Part shown: positions 12,511 to 25,499 of the stretch, in pieces
How positions within the stretch are numbered: the first letter of the stretch is position 1
Layout of the letters: every line of letters begins with the position of its first letter
Assembly (NCBI GenBank): GCA_022813865.1
Contig: JALDZX010000032.1
Coordinates: forward strand, 1 to 64,000
Length of the DNA stretch: 64,000 bases
Direction: 5' to 3'
Source: Xylographa opegraphella
Lineage: Eukaryota
Notes under the pieces: generated by a model
Databases searched by the model: none
Seen by the model: the letters and a program-made list of their open reading frames with translations, nothing else
Told to the model about the DNA's origin: nothing
Made by a program: the position numbers and the translations under genes

Positions 12511-14369
12511 GACTGTGACTACTTCAAGATCTCCCCAGCGCAGAAGAGAGACGATGAAAGTGATGCAATCCCCTTGCGAGAGCTGCGTAGTCCTGCTTTT
12601 TGAATGTCCGTTGGTTAACGAAATTTCGGTGCGGGAAGCTTTCGCCGCTAAGGTACGGAGGTATCCACCCCAAGGTAGTTTACCTTAGTTAATTTACGAT
12701 TTAGCGACGATGCCTTACGAATCACGTGCTGGGTTTGGGTACCACAGTAGACTCTGATACTTCAGGATCCTAATGCACCCATCATCTTCCAGATACTGGA
12801 AAACGCTCTAAATAAGGTATTCAGCAACATTCTTGAGCTTCTCGATACTAGTGCTAATGGTATAAATTGCTGCAAGGCTACGGATCATACACAAAGATTT
12901 TGATATCCATTTTCACATCCTTCTCTCCAGCTTTTCCTATCTTCGACCAGGAGAAATCTGTCTTTCTGGCTTCCATAGTGGTTTCAGATCTTCACAGTGG
13001 AGCGAAGCTCCAATAGCGGATCACTGCTAAGGCCGAACATGCATTTGCTCCGGTAGGTTTGCACTGTTTCTTTACAGCGCAGGCTTCCAGTTCCAATAGA
13101 CCTCGAGGATCAGTTTTGTAGCGCAAATAGGCTCCACTATCGATGAGAACCGCGACATTGTATGTCTCTATCCTGACCCCAAGTTCAAAGTTGCCTTGCA
13201 TTTGCATGCCATCAAAGCTCGCCAGAAGTACGATTCGGTTTTCGGAGTGACGATTAATGTTAAGTTCTCTGGGCGTAATTCTTTCAACGTAGGCATGTGT
13301 GCAAAGAGGCGACCGCAAAAGACCTTGAGTATCAAAAATCTTGTTCTATCACCATATCGGTCCGTGTTGTTGTGAACAGTTCAGCTGCAGGAAGGTCTCA
13401 TGTGAAATACCTGCAAATTCTGCACAGCGAGGTAATTTCCAGATCCTGTATCGGGACCTATGCCGGAACTAACATCACAAATGCACCTTACTGTGGAATG
13501 GCTGTGAAGTGGCTATGATCCTGTACATGGACTCACAACTCTGGCAGACGATGTCTGCATTAACGGGAATTACCCAGGTTTTTGCCTGGTAATGATATGG
13601 CGCCGAAAGCAACCACCATCCAAACCCTGAGCCTGGTCCAAAAGAGTGGTCAAGTGAAGTGTTCTCATTTGTAAATTGAGAGGCGCTGTTCCGTGTCAAC
13701 GAGTTAAAGCTGTCAAGGGAGCCAAGGCATATCCTAATCTTGCTTGCAGCCTGCTCAGACTCTAGGGTACGTCACAGGACCCGGAAGAAGGCATCATCTG
13801 CTGGTGAATATCATTTTGACTTCGAACCCACGGATTTTTTCTGGACACTCAAATTTCGTACACTCCTCCTCGAGTTAGGAGTCGCCTGCATGGGGGACTC
13901 ATTCATATAAGTTCAATGAAGTACCTTGAAGACCTCCATACTTGTATGGGCTCCCTCCTGACTTGTATGTCTCTCCAGATTGGTCTCCAATCAGTTACCA
14001 CCGAAATGACACCGTTTTTATTGCCAATATATGTGCACCCCAATGTAGCGTACGATTTGGTCATCCATCATATTATATATACACGATATGGCGGTTAGAA
14101 ATCATCCGCTTATAGTTGTGTTTGCGGATTAAGTGCACGACTCTGTGTTAGCAGCTTCCAATACTGTCAGTACCTAGGGGATTGTCCCTCCATATATGCA
14201 GGTGTATGCTCATCTGCCAGACTACAAGGATCACATCTTGTGCTCGTAAGAATTTGTTAAGTTCCAGAAAAATTCACGACCCATAAGCGCAAACATGTGG
14301 TGCGGTGACCATGAACATGTGTAGTTCACTGATTCGTCATATAACTCATAGTCAGCGCCTAGGGAGACG

Positions 14370-15691
14370 TCATTCCCCACCGAGCCGTCTTCCTTGCCCT
14401 CTAGAACCCCATCCACTTGAGTAAGTGCTAGTCGACTGGGTAGGAGGCTGGAACATTGTTCCATGCTTTGCTACAATGACGCGTCTTGGTCCACCAAAAA
14501 TGTTTGAAACGAATGTGGGTGTCCGGACAATGCTCCTTCCGCCGCCGAATGTTGGCCACAAGCGGGTAAGAAAGTCATACAGATGCGCGGCTGGAATACC
14601 GATGATCATTATTTTCGTTGGCCCAATTCCATTGATCACAAAGTTCACGAATATATTGGCCCACGGTAGCCACTTGACATCCATAGTAATGATCATAAAT
14701 TTGACCTTTTTCCCTCTGTTTTCTTGTGCATATGTGTAGAGGATGGCGGTGATAAGACCTGATTATGTCAGCGTGTATATGTACTTGAGCTTGCACTTTA
14801 TATGCCTCCAGTGAATATAACGGATCCCAGAAGATAATTGGCGGATAACTTCGAAAATGTTAGTAAGGTAATGAAGGACGCTCTCTATCGCACAAACAAT
14901 CTAAGTAACATCCAATATACTGGAGAGGGTCTGGGAAAGTAGAGCAGTCTACTTAGAACTTGTAGGGAGCCAAAACCACAGAACGCGAATTGTTTGATCA
15001 CGTGAGTTTTCTCAATTGACATTCCCACCGTGCCTGCACCGAATACGAGTCCTTTGGATTGATTGCGAATGATGGACTCGTACCAGATACAAGGGTAATC
15101 TTCCTCATCTCCAGGAACCGCTGCAGCTAGATATTGGCTGGGCGGGCAGATTATGTGAGGTATATTGAGACATGACGACGACTACAAATGCTGCCCAACA
15201 CTCTGCACCACAAGTATACAATGGAGAAAACACCGCAAATCGTGTTTGAGAGACTTACTGCAATGAATGTTCCTACAAAGAGAATGTACGTCAAGAAGTT
15301 TCCTGGTTCAGTGAACCGAGGCGATTCCGTTTCGAGCACACTGGCATACCGCCATACTGTTGTAGAGTCAGAAGCTTACATCTTCGGGATGCTGGGAGAT
15401 AACTTTACTGGTGTATGGGTCAAAGATAACGGCAAGTTGAGGACCAGAGAGGAAGAACGCTGTGAAGAAGCGCCAGATCTCTGGTGGCAACTTCCAGATA
15501 TATGGCCACGCAAATATTATGCGTTGGCCACTAAGTAGACCTCCGTAGTAAGAGACTGATACTAGAAGGACTAGAGCCGTGAGGGTCCTGTCACAACAAT
15601 GTTAGATGCCAGGATAAACGAGAAACCATTGACATTGATAACAAGTAGATTACCTGGAAACAGGCGGTGCGGCCCAGAACGTATCTAGCAT
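14370..15691 (-). CDS. Der1-like (derlin) ER-associated degradation membrane protein; 4 introns including a 410-nt intron (14849-15258) and a GC-AG intron (14759-14805)
   Basis: MLDTFWAAPPVSRTLTA, EIWRFFTAFFL, LETESPRF, YTYAQEN, LPW, GIPAAHLYDFLTRLWP and a C-terminal SHP-box-like WGSRGQGRRLGG. Confidence 0.88.
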
Positions 15692-15947
15692 GTTAGAGCT
15701 TCGGTCGAACAAGTAACTTGTACGCAAGATTATGCGCAGATACTATCTGAAGTAAATCGGAGTTCTAGAATCCCTGTACGTGAACAAAATTGCACTTGGA
15801 AGTTGTAGAAGATATGTGGTTCGATCATAGGGCTGAAAGCTCGGAGCCGGATGTTTGAGCCGTAAATTTTAGCGGTTGAAAACCCTACGATATCTTGTGG
15901 GTTCAAAAGTCATTGTGTAGAAACTTAATCAATGAAATTTAGCCAGG

Positions 15948-17497
15948 ATGAGTGACAAGTAATAAAACATCTCTTCGTCTTCTCTTATCTGCTGACCCAA
16001 TTTATAGAAAGGTACTCCTTCTTGGCGCAGGATTCGTGACATTGCCTACGGTTCAAGTCCTAAGCGATTCGGGCATCCAAGTGACTGTTGGTGAGTCATT
16101 TGGTGACCTACTTTCACAGAATTCTGATACCTTGGATATAGCTTGTAGAACAATAGGAAATGCAAAGAAACTTTGCAAAGACACCAAGAATGCTCATCCA
16201 ATCTCCTTGGATGTGACGGACTCGAAATCCCTCGATATAGAGGTAGGAAAGGTTGACATTGTTGTCAGCCTAATCCCTTATGAATTCCACGCTACGGTCA
16301 TCAAGGCAGCAATTCGTGCGAAGAAGAATGTTGTTACGACCAGCTACGTCTCTCCAGCCATGCTGGAGCTCGAGGAAGCTGCTAAGGAGGCGGGAATTAC
16401 AGTGATGAATGAGATAGGCTTAGATCCTGGTAGGCTTTCCGAAGCGCGACGAATCTTTGTGGTAACTGATGAATTGTAACCTCGATCAGGCATTGACCAT
16501 CTTTACGCAGTAAAGACTATAAACGAGGTACATGATGCAGGTGGAAAGATAATCAGCTTTGTATCAATGTGCGGGGGGCTACCCGCCCCCGAAGCTTCTG
16601 ACAACCCACTGGGATACAAGTTCTCATGGTCGCCGAAAGGCGTTCTTCTAGCCTTACGAAACTCCGCGAAGTATTATAAGGACGGTAAGGTTGTGGAGGT
16701 TACGGGGCCGGAGCTGATGGGCACCGCAAAACCATACTTCATATACCCTGGGTTCTCTTTCGTTGGCTACCCTAACCGCGACTCTACCCCATATAGGGAG
16801 AGGTACAACATTCCAGAAGCTCAAACTATCATCAGGGGCACGTTGCGGTTTCAAGGGTTCCCGGAATTTGTTCGTGTGCTGGTTGACTTAGGATTCTTAA
16901 GCCAGGAAAAGCAAGTGTTCCTGGAGAAGCCAATAAGTTGGAAGGAAGCGACACAGAAGATACTCAATGCTAAGTCTGATTCGGAGTCGTAAGTGCCTTT
17001 CAAGGCCACAGCTTGTTTCGATGCTTAGTCTATTTAGCGACCTTGCCCTAGCAGTGAACTCAAAGACGCATTTTGCAAACAACGAAGACAATGCGCGGAT
17101 AATGACGGGACTCCGGTGGATAGGTCTATTCTCAGACGAGAAGATTATACCACGCGGTACACCTCTGGATACACTATGCGCTACTCTAGAGCCAAAGATG
17201 CAATATAGTCCCGGAGAGCGGGACCTGGTGATGCTTCAACACAAGTTCGAGATCGAGCACAAGGACGGCAGCAAAGAGACGAGAACATCAACTCTGTGCG
17301 AATACGGAGATCCCAGTGGATATTCGGCAATGGCGAAACTTGTTGGCGTGCCTTGTGCAGTTGCTATTAAGCTTGTCCTTAATGGCACGATATCTGAAAG
17401 CGGAATTCTCGCTCCAATGAGCCCGAGGTTCAACGATCCGTTAATGGCGGAGCTCAAAAAATATGGGATTGAGATGGAGGAAAAAACGCTGGCATGA
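15948..17497 (+). CDS. LYS9: Saccharopine dehydrogenase (NADP+, L-glutamate forming); 4 introns
   Basis: KVLLLGAGFV, VVTTSYVSPAM, MNEIGLDPGIDHLYAVK, CGGLPAPEASDNPLGYKFSWS, YPNRDSTPY, SAMAKLVGVPCAVA. Confidence 0.95.
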
Positions 17498-18294
17498 ATG
17501 TCACCAGCCACCAACATTGCTTATGTACGGCGTCCGGATACATTCTGATAAACAGCCGAGGTAACAGGATGTAAGTAGCTGAATAAATTGGAATGGCCAG
17601 TTCCAATGGGTATCTGTCTCGAAAGTCCCATTGGAAGACTTCATGAAGATACGCCATGACCTTAGTTGTAAATAATTGCAGACAATTCGGTATACTGCGT
17701 TGCTGGTATGCTTATAGTAAACTAGCTTGGCTAGTTACCCTATCGTTCGAAAGCTCCTGAATGAACTGGAGTATTCCGACGGTTCAACGAAATCAGATGG
17801 CTGGCCCATTCTAGTCTGCTATACCCGTTGCTCTTTCTGAACCTTACGACAAGACAGACAGTCATTATGGTCGATCTCGGAGCCTACCCTGCCTCTGAAC
17901 CACTGGGCAGGCGAGGAAGCAATCGACAACCACAAACTGCGCGCATATCCAATTTATCTCCGCTGGCAGTAGACACCTTCAGGAGAGAAGTCAGACCCCG
18001 TAGACACCGGTTTCATCCTCCATGCAGACACCAGTAAAAGTCCGCGTGTCCCAGACCCAATCTGCGCAAGTTGACGGGTCCCATCTCACACAGTCCTTGT
18101 CTTTACACATCAGAAGTGAATTGGAGAGGTCCTAGACAGCTCGAGAACAGATTCCGGGGTATCAATATAGATCGAAATGCCGAATCGAAGATACTCCTCA
18201 CGCCGTGCACATGCTATCGCCATTCATGCAGTCCAAGCATCAGTCATGCCCCTCCCCGTTGGAACCGTTGCGCATCCCTCGTTGCACAGCGCAC

Positions 18295-19383
18295 TCATGA
18301 CAGCTTCTGCCGCTTCGCAGCAGCTCCCGAGAAGCCCTTGACCTCCCGCAAGCGCTTCTGTTCAATCTCTTCCTTCATGATCCTCTCCGCTTCACTCATG
18401 TGCTTTTGTGGTGCAAGCTTGCCGGCGCCGTGGCTACCGCCAATCGCCTTCTTTCGTGACGAGGCCGCAAACACATTCTTCGGTCTGTTGCTCGTGCCCG
18501 GTTTCAAGGACACCTTGTCCTGCGTTGTCGTCGGTACCACCACCGATGCCGGCTCCTCGACCGAATCCGCGTCTATCACAGGACCCCTTCCTGTGTCCTC
18601 CGTCGTAGTCAGCGTCGGCGGCGGCGGGGACGGCTTACCGACCGCCGTCTTCGTACCGAACGCCAACTTGATCTTCTCGCCCCCATCTCGCTGCAACGCG
18701 CCCCTGGTGTCCGCCCCAGCCTCCTCGTCCGCGCCCTCTTTTCCGGCTGCGTCCCTCCTGGCTCGTTCCACTTGCTCCCTGATCAACCTCTGCTCCCGCT
18801 CCTCATCTCCGCGATCCTGCCGCTCCTTCTTCCGAATCGCATCCTGCCTCCGGAGCGCCTCGGGGCTGTGATCGACCCACGCGACCTCCAAGCCCTTGTC
18901 GCCCTCCTCCACCCTGCAGATGCCTTCCCGGCCGAGGAACTTGGCAAACTCCGTCAGGCTGGGCCAGCGCGTGGCGTTCATGTGCACGTGCTCCTTGTGC
19001 GCGATGTACTCCTGGTAGAAGTGGTTGACGTTGATCTTTTTCTCGCCGTGCGCCGTCCGCAGCAGCTGCAAGAAGTCCCGCTGGAACTGCGCGCTGAAGT
19101 CCGCGATGTGCTTGCGCGGGTCTTCGCCGATCAGCAGCATCTGCCGCACATGCGATTCGGACTGCGTGTGCATTTTGAAGCCATTCTCGTCGCGCATCTG
19201 GCGCTCGCAGGCCTGGGCCGGAGGAAAAAGGTCGTTAGCTTTGGGTGATGGAGATATCATCGGATGGGGAGGGCTTTGAGGACGAGGAGGATTTACCTGG
19301 CAATACCATCGTAGCCGCTGCAGGCCTTTGGATTTGAGCTTGTTGTTGAGAAATTTGGTGGAGCCGACTTCTGCGCGAGGCAT
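18295..19383 (-). CDS. RTS2: KIN17/Rts2 zinc-finger DNA/RNA-binding protein; intron 19213-19296
   Basis: KSKGLQRLRWYCQ-ACERQMRDENGFKMHTQSESH and HMNATRWPSLTEFAKFLGREG are KIN17 hallmarks. Confidence 0.93.
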   Translation of the reverse strand: MPRAEVGSTKFLNNKLKSKGLQRLRWYCQVNPPRPQSPPHPMISPSPKANDLFPPAQACERQMRDENGFKMHTQSESHVRQMLLIGEDPRKHIADFSAQFQRDFLQLLRTAHGEKKINVNHFYQEYIAHKEHVHMNATRWPSLTEFAKFLGREGICRVEEGDKGLEVAWVDHSPEALRRQDAIRKKERQDRGDEEREQRLIREQVERARRDAAGKEGADEEAGADTRGALQRDGGEKIKLAFGTKTAVGKPSPPPPTLTTTEDTGRGPVIDADSVEEPASVVVPTTTQDKVSLKPGTSNRPKNVFAASSRKKAIGGSHGAGKLAPQKHMSEAERIMKEEIEQKRLREVKGFSGAAAKRQKLS

Positions 19384-19943
19384 TTTACTAGTGAAAGATT
19401 TATGGATGGTAGGGAAGCATGGAGGAGTGCTTTGAGAGACGCCAAATTGGTTTCCTTCAAGTTCCTCAGACGTGACGCAACGAATCAGGCGGCAGGACGA
19501 CAGCGTCGGATTATATAAGCGTCGGTGCGCAACGGAAGTCAGCGTGGGGCATGTGAGTTTGTAAAAAGGCCATTTAATTATTGTCCAGGATATATGATTG
19601 ATATGATGTTACGGCAGAGACCCTTTCCACGGCCTAGAATTAAGCCGTAGCCAGGAAAGGAGACATCTCGGGCTGCTTGCAGTTTGCTCAACTACGATAG
19701 CACAGGAACGATATTGATATACAGGGATCGATATTTCTTCCCCAACTCGAAAATTCGTTTGAGACGGAGACGGCCCGATGCATCCACAACATTTGCCGCA
19801 GAACTGACTGAAACTGTATGCCCATACATCTCACACGTAAACAAGTCGACCACCCCAACAGATCGTTCAACACCCAATGCTGGATAAGGAAAAAGAAAAG
19901 GTCGTGAGCTCGTCCTTGACTGCAAGCACGCAGATCCGTCCAT

Positions 19944-22339
19944 CTACATCTGCCCCTGAAGCATGTGTTGCGCCAGTTGACTTGGCGCGGCCATCGTCAT
20001 CCCAGATAATGGGCCTCCCATCGACATGCCACTCATCGGCATCGAGGTGACCGTCGAGAGGCCACTGGGAATGTAAGAATTTTCGTGTTGGGGAGAGTCC
20101 TCTTCCAAAGCGCCAAACTCATTTTCTTCGTTTTCGAGATCTTCATCGCTGTAGCCGCCTACCTCACCGTCGGCGCGGGGCTCGTGTATGCGGCGATGTC
20201 TGAGCAGGGGTTCAGCCTAAGCAAAAGCACAGGGTTCAGCAGGATAACTTACTGCGCGAGGTTGTCGGATCTTGAGAATGCCTTGCTACAATGCGGGCAG
20301 ATGTACGGTCGCTCTTGGGTGTGTGTCCGCACATGTCTACGCGCCGCAGAGTGTCAGCGGCTATCCGAAAATAAACCAACAAACAATTTAACAAGATCCT
20401 CGCACGTACCTTTTCAAATGCTCTAACCGCTTGAAGAGCCGCCCGCATGTCGGGATTGGACACGAATGCGACTTTTGTGGGTAAGGACCGAGCTCCATCA
20501 TCGTAGCACTCCTTGCTCTTCGTATGGGTCCACCACGATTCGTAGGACTTGTTGCCAGGGGTTGCGGGGCAAGCTCCTCGTTTGAATACGCAGAGAAATC
20601 ATCTTGGTGATGCATCATGTTCATATGCTGATGCGCCGGACTGCCTTCCATTGTGGGTAGTGGTGTCCCGTGGCGGGACAATTCGAGAAGTTCCTTGTGT
20701 TGTGCAAGCATATTGGAGTAGCCATTCGCCAGAGCTGGTGGCGAGTGTCGGTCCAGCTCTTCGCTCTCGGGCAGTGGCCCGACTGATGCCGAAACCGATC
20801 GACGCAGGTCACTTCCTCGATGTGGTGCATGTGCCATACCATTGGCAGTTGCCGCAGCTACTGCAGCACTGACGCCAGGAGGTATGGAAGAGCGGCGTCT
20901 TCGTTGCTTATACGTCGGCGATCCTTCTATCACGGAGTAGACATTGCTAGACGCGTAGCCACGCTGACCAGGGTAATGGCCGCCGCTCAAGTTGGACGGT
21001 GGAAGTTGCATCATAGGGTGGTAGCCTTGTGAAGAGCCAACGTCAGGAATAGCCGTGTAGAGTCCCGTATCCTCGTTGGCGATGTATGCAGGCTCGGTAT
21101 TGAGTCCCTGCGCATGCTGCGGAGGTGTGACCGGCTCGAAAGAGATGCCCCGGTTGCTATAGTCCTCGTATTGCGACGACACAAACGACGGCGCGGGTGA
21201 GTATTCCATATATGCCGGCATTGACGTATGGCGCTGGTGAACCCTGCTCAGAGGCACTCCGTTTCGATCATATTGCATTTGCCCGTAGTCCTGCTCCCGT
21301 TTCACCAAGTTGGTGGCCATCGTGGATGGCATCGACACCTGAGAGTACGCTGCCATTGGATGGTTCAATTCTTCGGATACGGCGGCGATCGATTGAGGTA
21401 CGATTTGTGGCGGCGGCATGGAGTCCACCGCCCTCAAGACAGGGGATGTCGATTGCGAATAGACATTTCCCGCATGGGCGGAAAAAGACGACGAGTTTGC
21501 CTGTTGGGCCTTTGTGAGTTGCTCAAACAGGGACTGCGATGAGTCGAACTCGAAGGACAACGCAGGCTCGTTCATTGCCATCGTGGTGGCTTCCTGACCC
21601 ATCTTCTCCCTCTTCAGGTCTCGTTCCAACGCATCGAGGAAAAGCCGGTCATGCGGGACGCTGTACCAATAGAAGACCTTCTGCTTCTTCTGCGTGCGTA
21701 TGCAATTGTTCTTGTACAAGAAATCTAGAAAGGGACTTTTGGGTTCTTCAAGCGCAGCATCGGTACCGGCCTTCAGGTTGCGCAGGTCGGAGAATATGCC
21801 TTCCTCAAACTTCTTCGAGTTCTTCACCGGACGGCCAAAGGCTTGGAATCTGAAGGAGAGGCATCGCACGATGTCCGTACCCGAAATGTGAAAGAGATTG
21901 TTCCTGATCCTCAATCAGCAGCGGTCGCCAAGGTAGATGATTCCGGCGTGCGCGGAAGCACAGGGTCTCGACGGAGGAGGAGCCTTACCAGAGAACACAA
22001 GAAACATATTCACCGGTAGGGAGGAGGAAGCGCCGAATATACTGATCTGGCGTCCAGTCGACCGGCGCTGAGATGAGAAAGTATTTCACTACGGCCAAGG
22101 ATTAGCCACCGCTCCCCGTCGGTCGAAGATGACGATTGAGGCTCACAATTATCGACTTGCTGCAGAGCGACCTGAGCGTCTTGCGGAAGGCTGTTCTGTG
22201 CGGATTCGCTCAACATGAAGGTCTCCTTCGACATCTCATGTTAGCAGCGATCGCCATCAGGAGGCCACAATGATCGTACCGGTTTCTGAGGGGGCGCCAT
22301 GGCCGATGCAGTGGATGTGTTACTGCTGTTTGGATACAT
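19944..22339 (-). CDS. STE12: Ste12-like (SteA) transcription factor with STE homeodomain and two C2H2 fingers
   Basis: [122 protein letters not shown]. Confidence 0.96.
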
Positions 22340-22537
22340 CACGAAGGAGCGTCGGTGATGACGAGGCCCAGTATTACAGACTCTGCGACTTGGCCAGTGT
22401 ACAATTGCGCATAAGACTCAGGCCAGCTGGGTAGGGGCTGTGTCACTTCGCCGACCGAGCCCTGGGATTGACACGGCAACTCAAGAAGCCAGGTGACTTG
22501 GATCGCGCGACGGCAGACACGACGTGAAGCGACCGTG

Positions 22538-22595
22538 GGGGGGGGNNNNNNNNNNNNNNNNNNNNNNNNNNNNNNNNNNNNNNNNNNNNNNNNNN

Positions 22596-22656
<61 letters not shown>
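22538..22656. other. Poly-G tract containing a 50-N assembly gap
   Basis: G run, N run, G run; the true length is unknown. Confidence 0.95.
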
Positions 22657-22658
<2 letters not shown>

Positions 22659-25499
22659 TTGGGTGTGTGAAGAGAAAAGCGAGAAGGAAAAGACAGTTTT
22701 AGAAAGTGAGTTGTCACAGGAGCCTGCCTGGGTCTCAGACGCGAAGAGGTGATACCTGAGGAGGAGAAGGGGGGGGGGAGGGTTTGGAAGGAAGAAAAGA
22801 GAAGGAGAATGATGAAGCAAAGATGCGGAACCGGTATTCTGGGGAGTCGTGGAACTTTTGGGGCGTGCGGAGAGTGTGATGCGACGGGTAGAGGGAAGAA
22901 TGGTGAAGGGGAGGTTTCGGAAATGGGGCTATGTTTTACAATTTGGAGACAGGCGCCCGCCGTCGCCCCTGATGCCACATTGGACATTACCATTTCGTAA
23001 TTTACAGCTAGATCGGGGCAGGGGGGCGGGGGAGGGGGGTTAAGGGTAGAGACACTAAGCCAAAGTAGGAGCTAGGAGGCCGAGCACGGAACCGAACAAA
23101 AAACAAAAATGGAAGGGGGAGCAGAGGACCAGAGTGAGCGGATCAGAATGAGCGGACCAGAATGAATGAATGAATGAATGGCGAGCATTACGCGAGGCCC
23201 ACCAACTTGCGCCGATTCGATGAGGATATACGGAGTGAAGAAAGAGGCCGCTTGGTGGTGTGCCTGGAGGCTGCCCGCCCATCATTCCTCTCGGAGAGTA
23301 AGAATGAGGAGGATACGACGAGGTCAATCGCCAGGCAGGACAGGGGACGACTGGCCAACTTTATTCATCATCAACAATCGAGGACCGAGCTTTGTTGAGT
23401 AAGGTAGCGACTCCATACCTACCCTCGCTTACCTTATTATTGGCAAAACACAGCGCGTGTCCGAACAACGGATGATAAACGAGCGACGAACGGCAAGGCG
23501 TGAATCATGCATGTGTAGATTTGGGTCGCTCGTTCGACCTCTCTGGAGAACCTGAAGTGCCTAATTACCAGTCGTTATTCTGGGGGAATACGGAGTACTG
23601 TGTAAGGTACGGAGTAATTACGAGAGAACTGGATTGCGCGTGGGGGAGGGAGGGAAGTGAAACAGGGCCACTCCCTTTCCATGCCATGATTGGAAGCGAG
23701 ATGCCCGGCTTTATGCGCGCTCAGCGGCCCAGCCAAGCCCAGCCAATTACAGCTAGTGGTGTACCAGGCTACTTCGGGACGCTAGACTCCGAGGGGACGG
23801 CGGGGGTAGGTGCAGCGCGTGCTTCTATTATTATGGAGTGCCAGCTTCCGGATACGGCAAGGCGGGGGAGTGAGGAGAGTGATCCGAGGCGTTGCTGGAC
23901 CACGGCTGGAAGACGCAATACTCGGTAAGGGAGGCTCTCCAGGGTAAGAAGTCATCATTTGTTTGATTGCTTGCACCGGTCTGGGCTTGAAGCCACTCGA
24001 AGATCGAGTAACTGCCACTCCAGCGCAATCATCTTACTGCACTTGACCTGCAACCAGGGAAGCTTCGCTGGCAAGCCATCACAGCACTGGACCATCCCCT
24101 GTGACCTGGCCCATCTCCCGAACTCCATCGGCACCCCAACAAAAGTTGCGAACATGGCTTCCCACTACCTTAGTAGAATGCATGATGGTGCATCCTTCGC
24201 CCTGCCCGCTCCGTGGTCGACTCGGCCCAGCACCTCGCTGCCTCTGGCGCTGCGTTGTGACGCATTCTGCCCGACGCTCTTCGGATCGGGTCGTGTGGCA
24301 CGGAGCGAGGGCTGACAGCGACAGAGATCGCGCTCCGTGTGCGTGCCATCCAATCCATCCATCCATCCACCGGTCAGCGCTTGACGGTCGCGGAGAGCGT
24401 GAGGAGGTTTATCGATAGCAGGCCTTTGGTCCTAAGCTAGCCGGTGGGATGCATATCATCAATGGCTGTTTGATCATCCCGGCCGCTCATCTGAAACACG
24501 CCTAAGCAAGTCGAAGCACCTCTCGGCCAACGGCTGGTCTGCTGAAAAGCATCCAACACACCGATCTGGGTGATAAAAATACCCCGGGCCGCCGAAATGG
24601 TCGCTGCAGGGGATGCGGTGCCTTGGAAGTCGAAGCTCGATTCCGGTTCACAAAGAAAAGCACCACTGTCATCGCCCCTCGCGTTGCCTAACTACGGCTA
24701 ATACTACCCCGGACAGCCACGACCTACCAGCCGTCGTTGGTGCGCCATCTCATAGGCTATCTCCGCCCTCGAAGGCTATTGGACCGTACGTAGGCCTCGT
24801 ATGTACGGAGCAAGATGAGCCGGAGCTTTCACGGTGTGCCAATTCACTCCGCTTTGCAGAAAGACTGGTGGCAGCGTTCCTCGTACCTTGCATCCTGCCT
24901 CGCTACGATGTTGATTTTCTAAGACAAAGGCCTCTCCCATGGTCTGGCGAGCCCGAGCACGCATTTCAGGTCCATACCTACTATCTTCGCCATAACGGGC
25001 AGTGTGTCGTGAGACACACCGTGGCAACAAGGTCCAGATTCGGCGACTGCTATCTTTGTCGTCCTCTTGCCTGATCTTCGCTGCGAGACTGTGCTCCATG
25101 GTCTTTACGCCTCATGGAGCAGGCTGAACATGTCAATGCAGGCTGCGTGATGTGGCACTCCTCGCAGGGCTGTCAGTCGCGGCTGGATATCGCATGAGCG
25201 AGGAGGCACGAAAGCGTTGGATCTTCCATCCCAAGTCGGATACCAATCCTGCTTGCTTCGTCACCGCCTGCTGGCCGTCGAGCGCGCTTCACGCTCGGCT
25301 ACTGTGGTCATCTGTTACTCCGTATCGTGTCACACAGCACTGACCACGTTCGAATTTGCCGTGACTGAATTGACCGTCTGCTTCTTCTTATACAATGACT
25401 ATTCCTATATCTATTGGATCGGCTTCTCCCAAGGACACCAGCGACGTTCGTAACAAAGACCCATCACACCAATCCTTTATGCCCAACCTCCCACCTGAC

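Noticed and set aside
12700..14300. Short ORFs in the CBF5-derlin interval
   Set aside because: No recognisable motifs or coherent splice structure.
16092..16098. TGAGTCA Gcn4-like site inside LYS9 intron 2
   Set aside because: Mostly explained by the gtgagt splice donor consensus.
22443..22993. Poly-Pro / poly-Gly ORFs
   Set aside because: Artefacts of the poly-G tract and N gap upstream of STE12.
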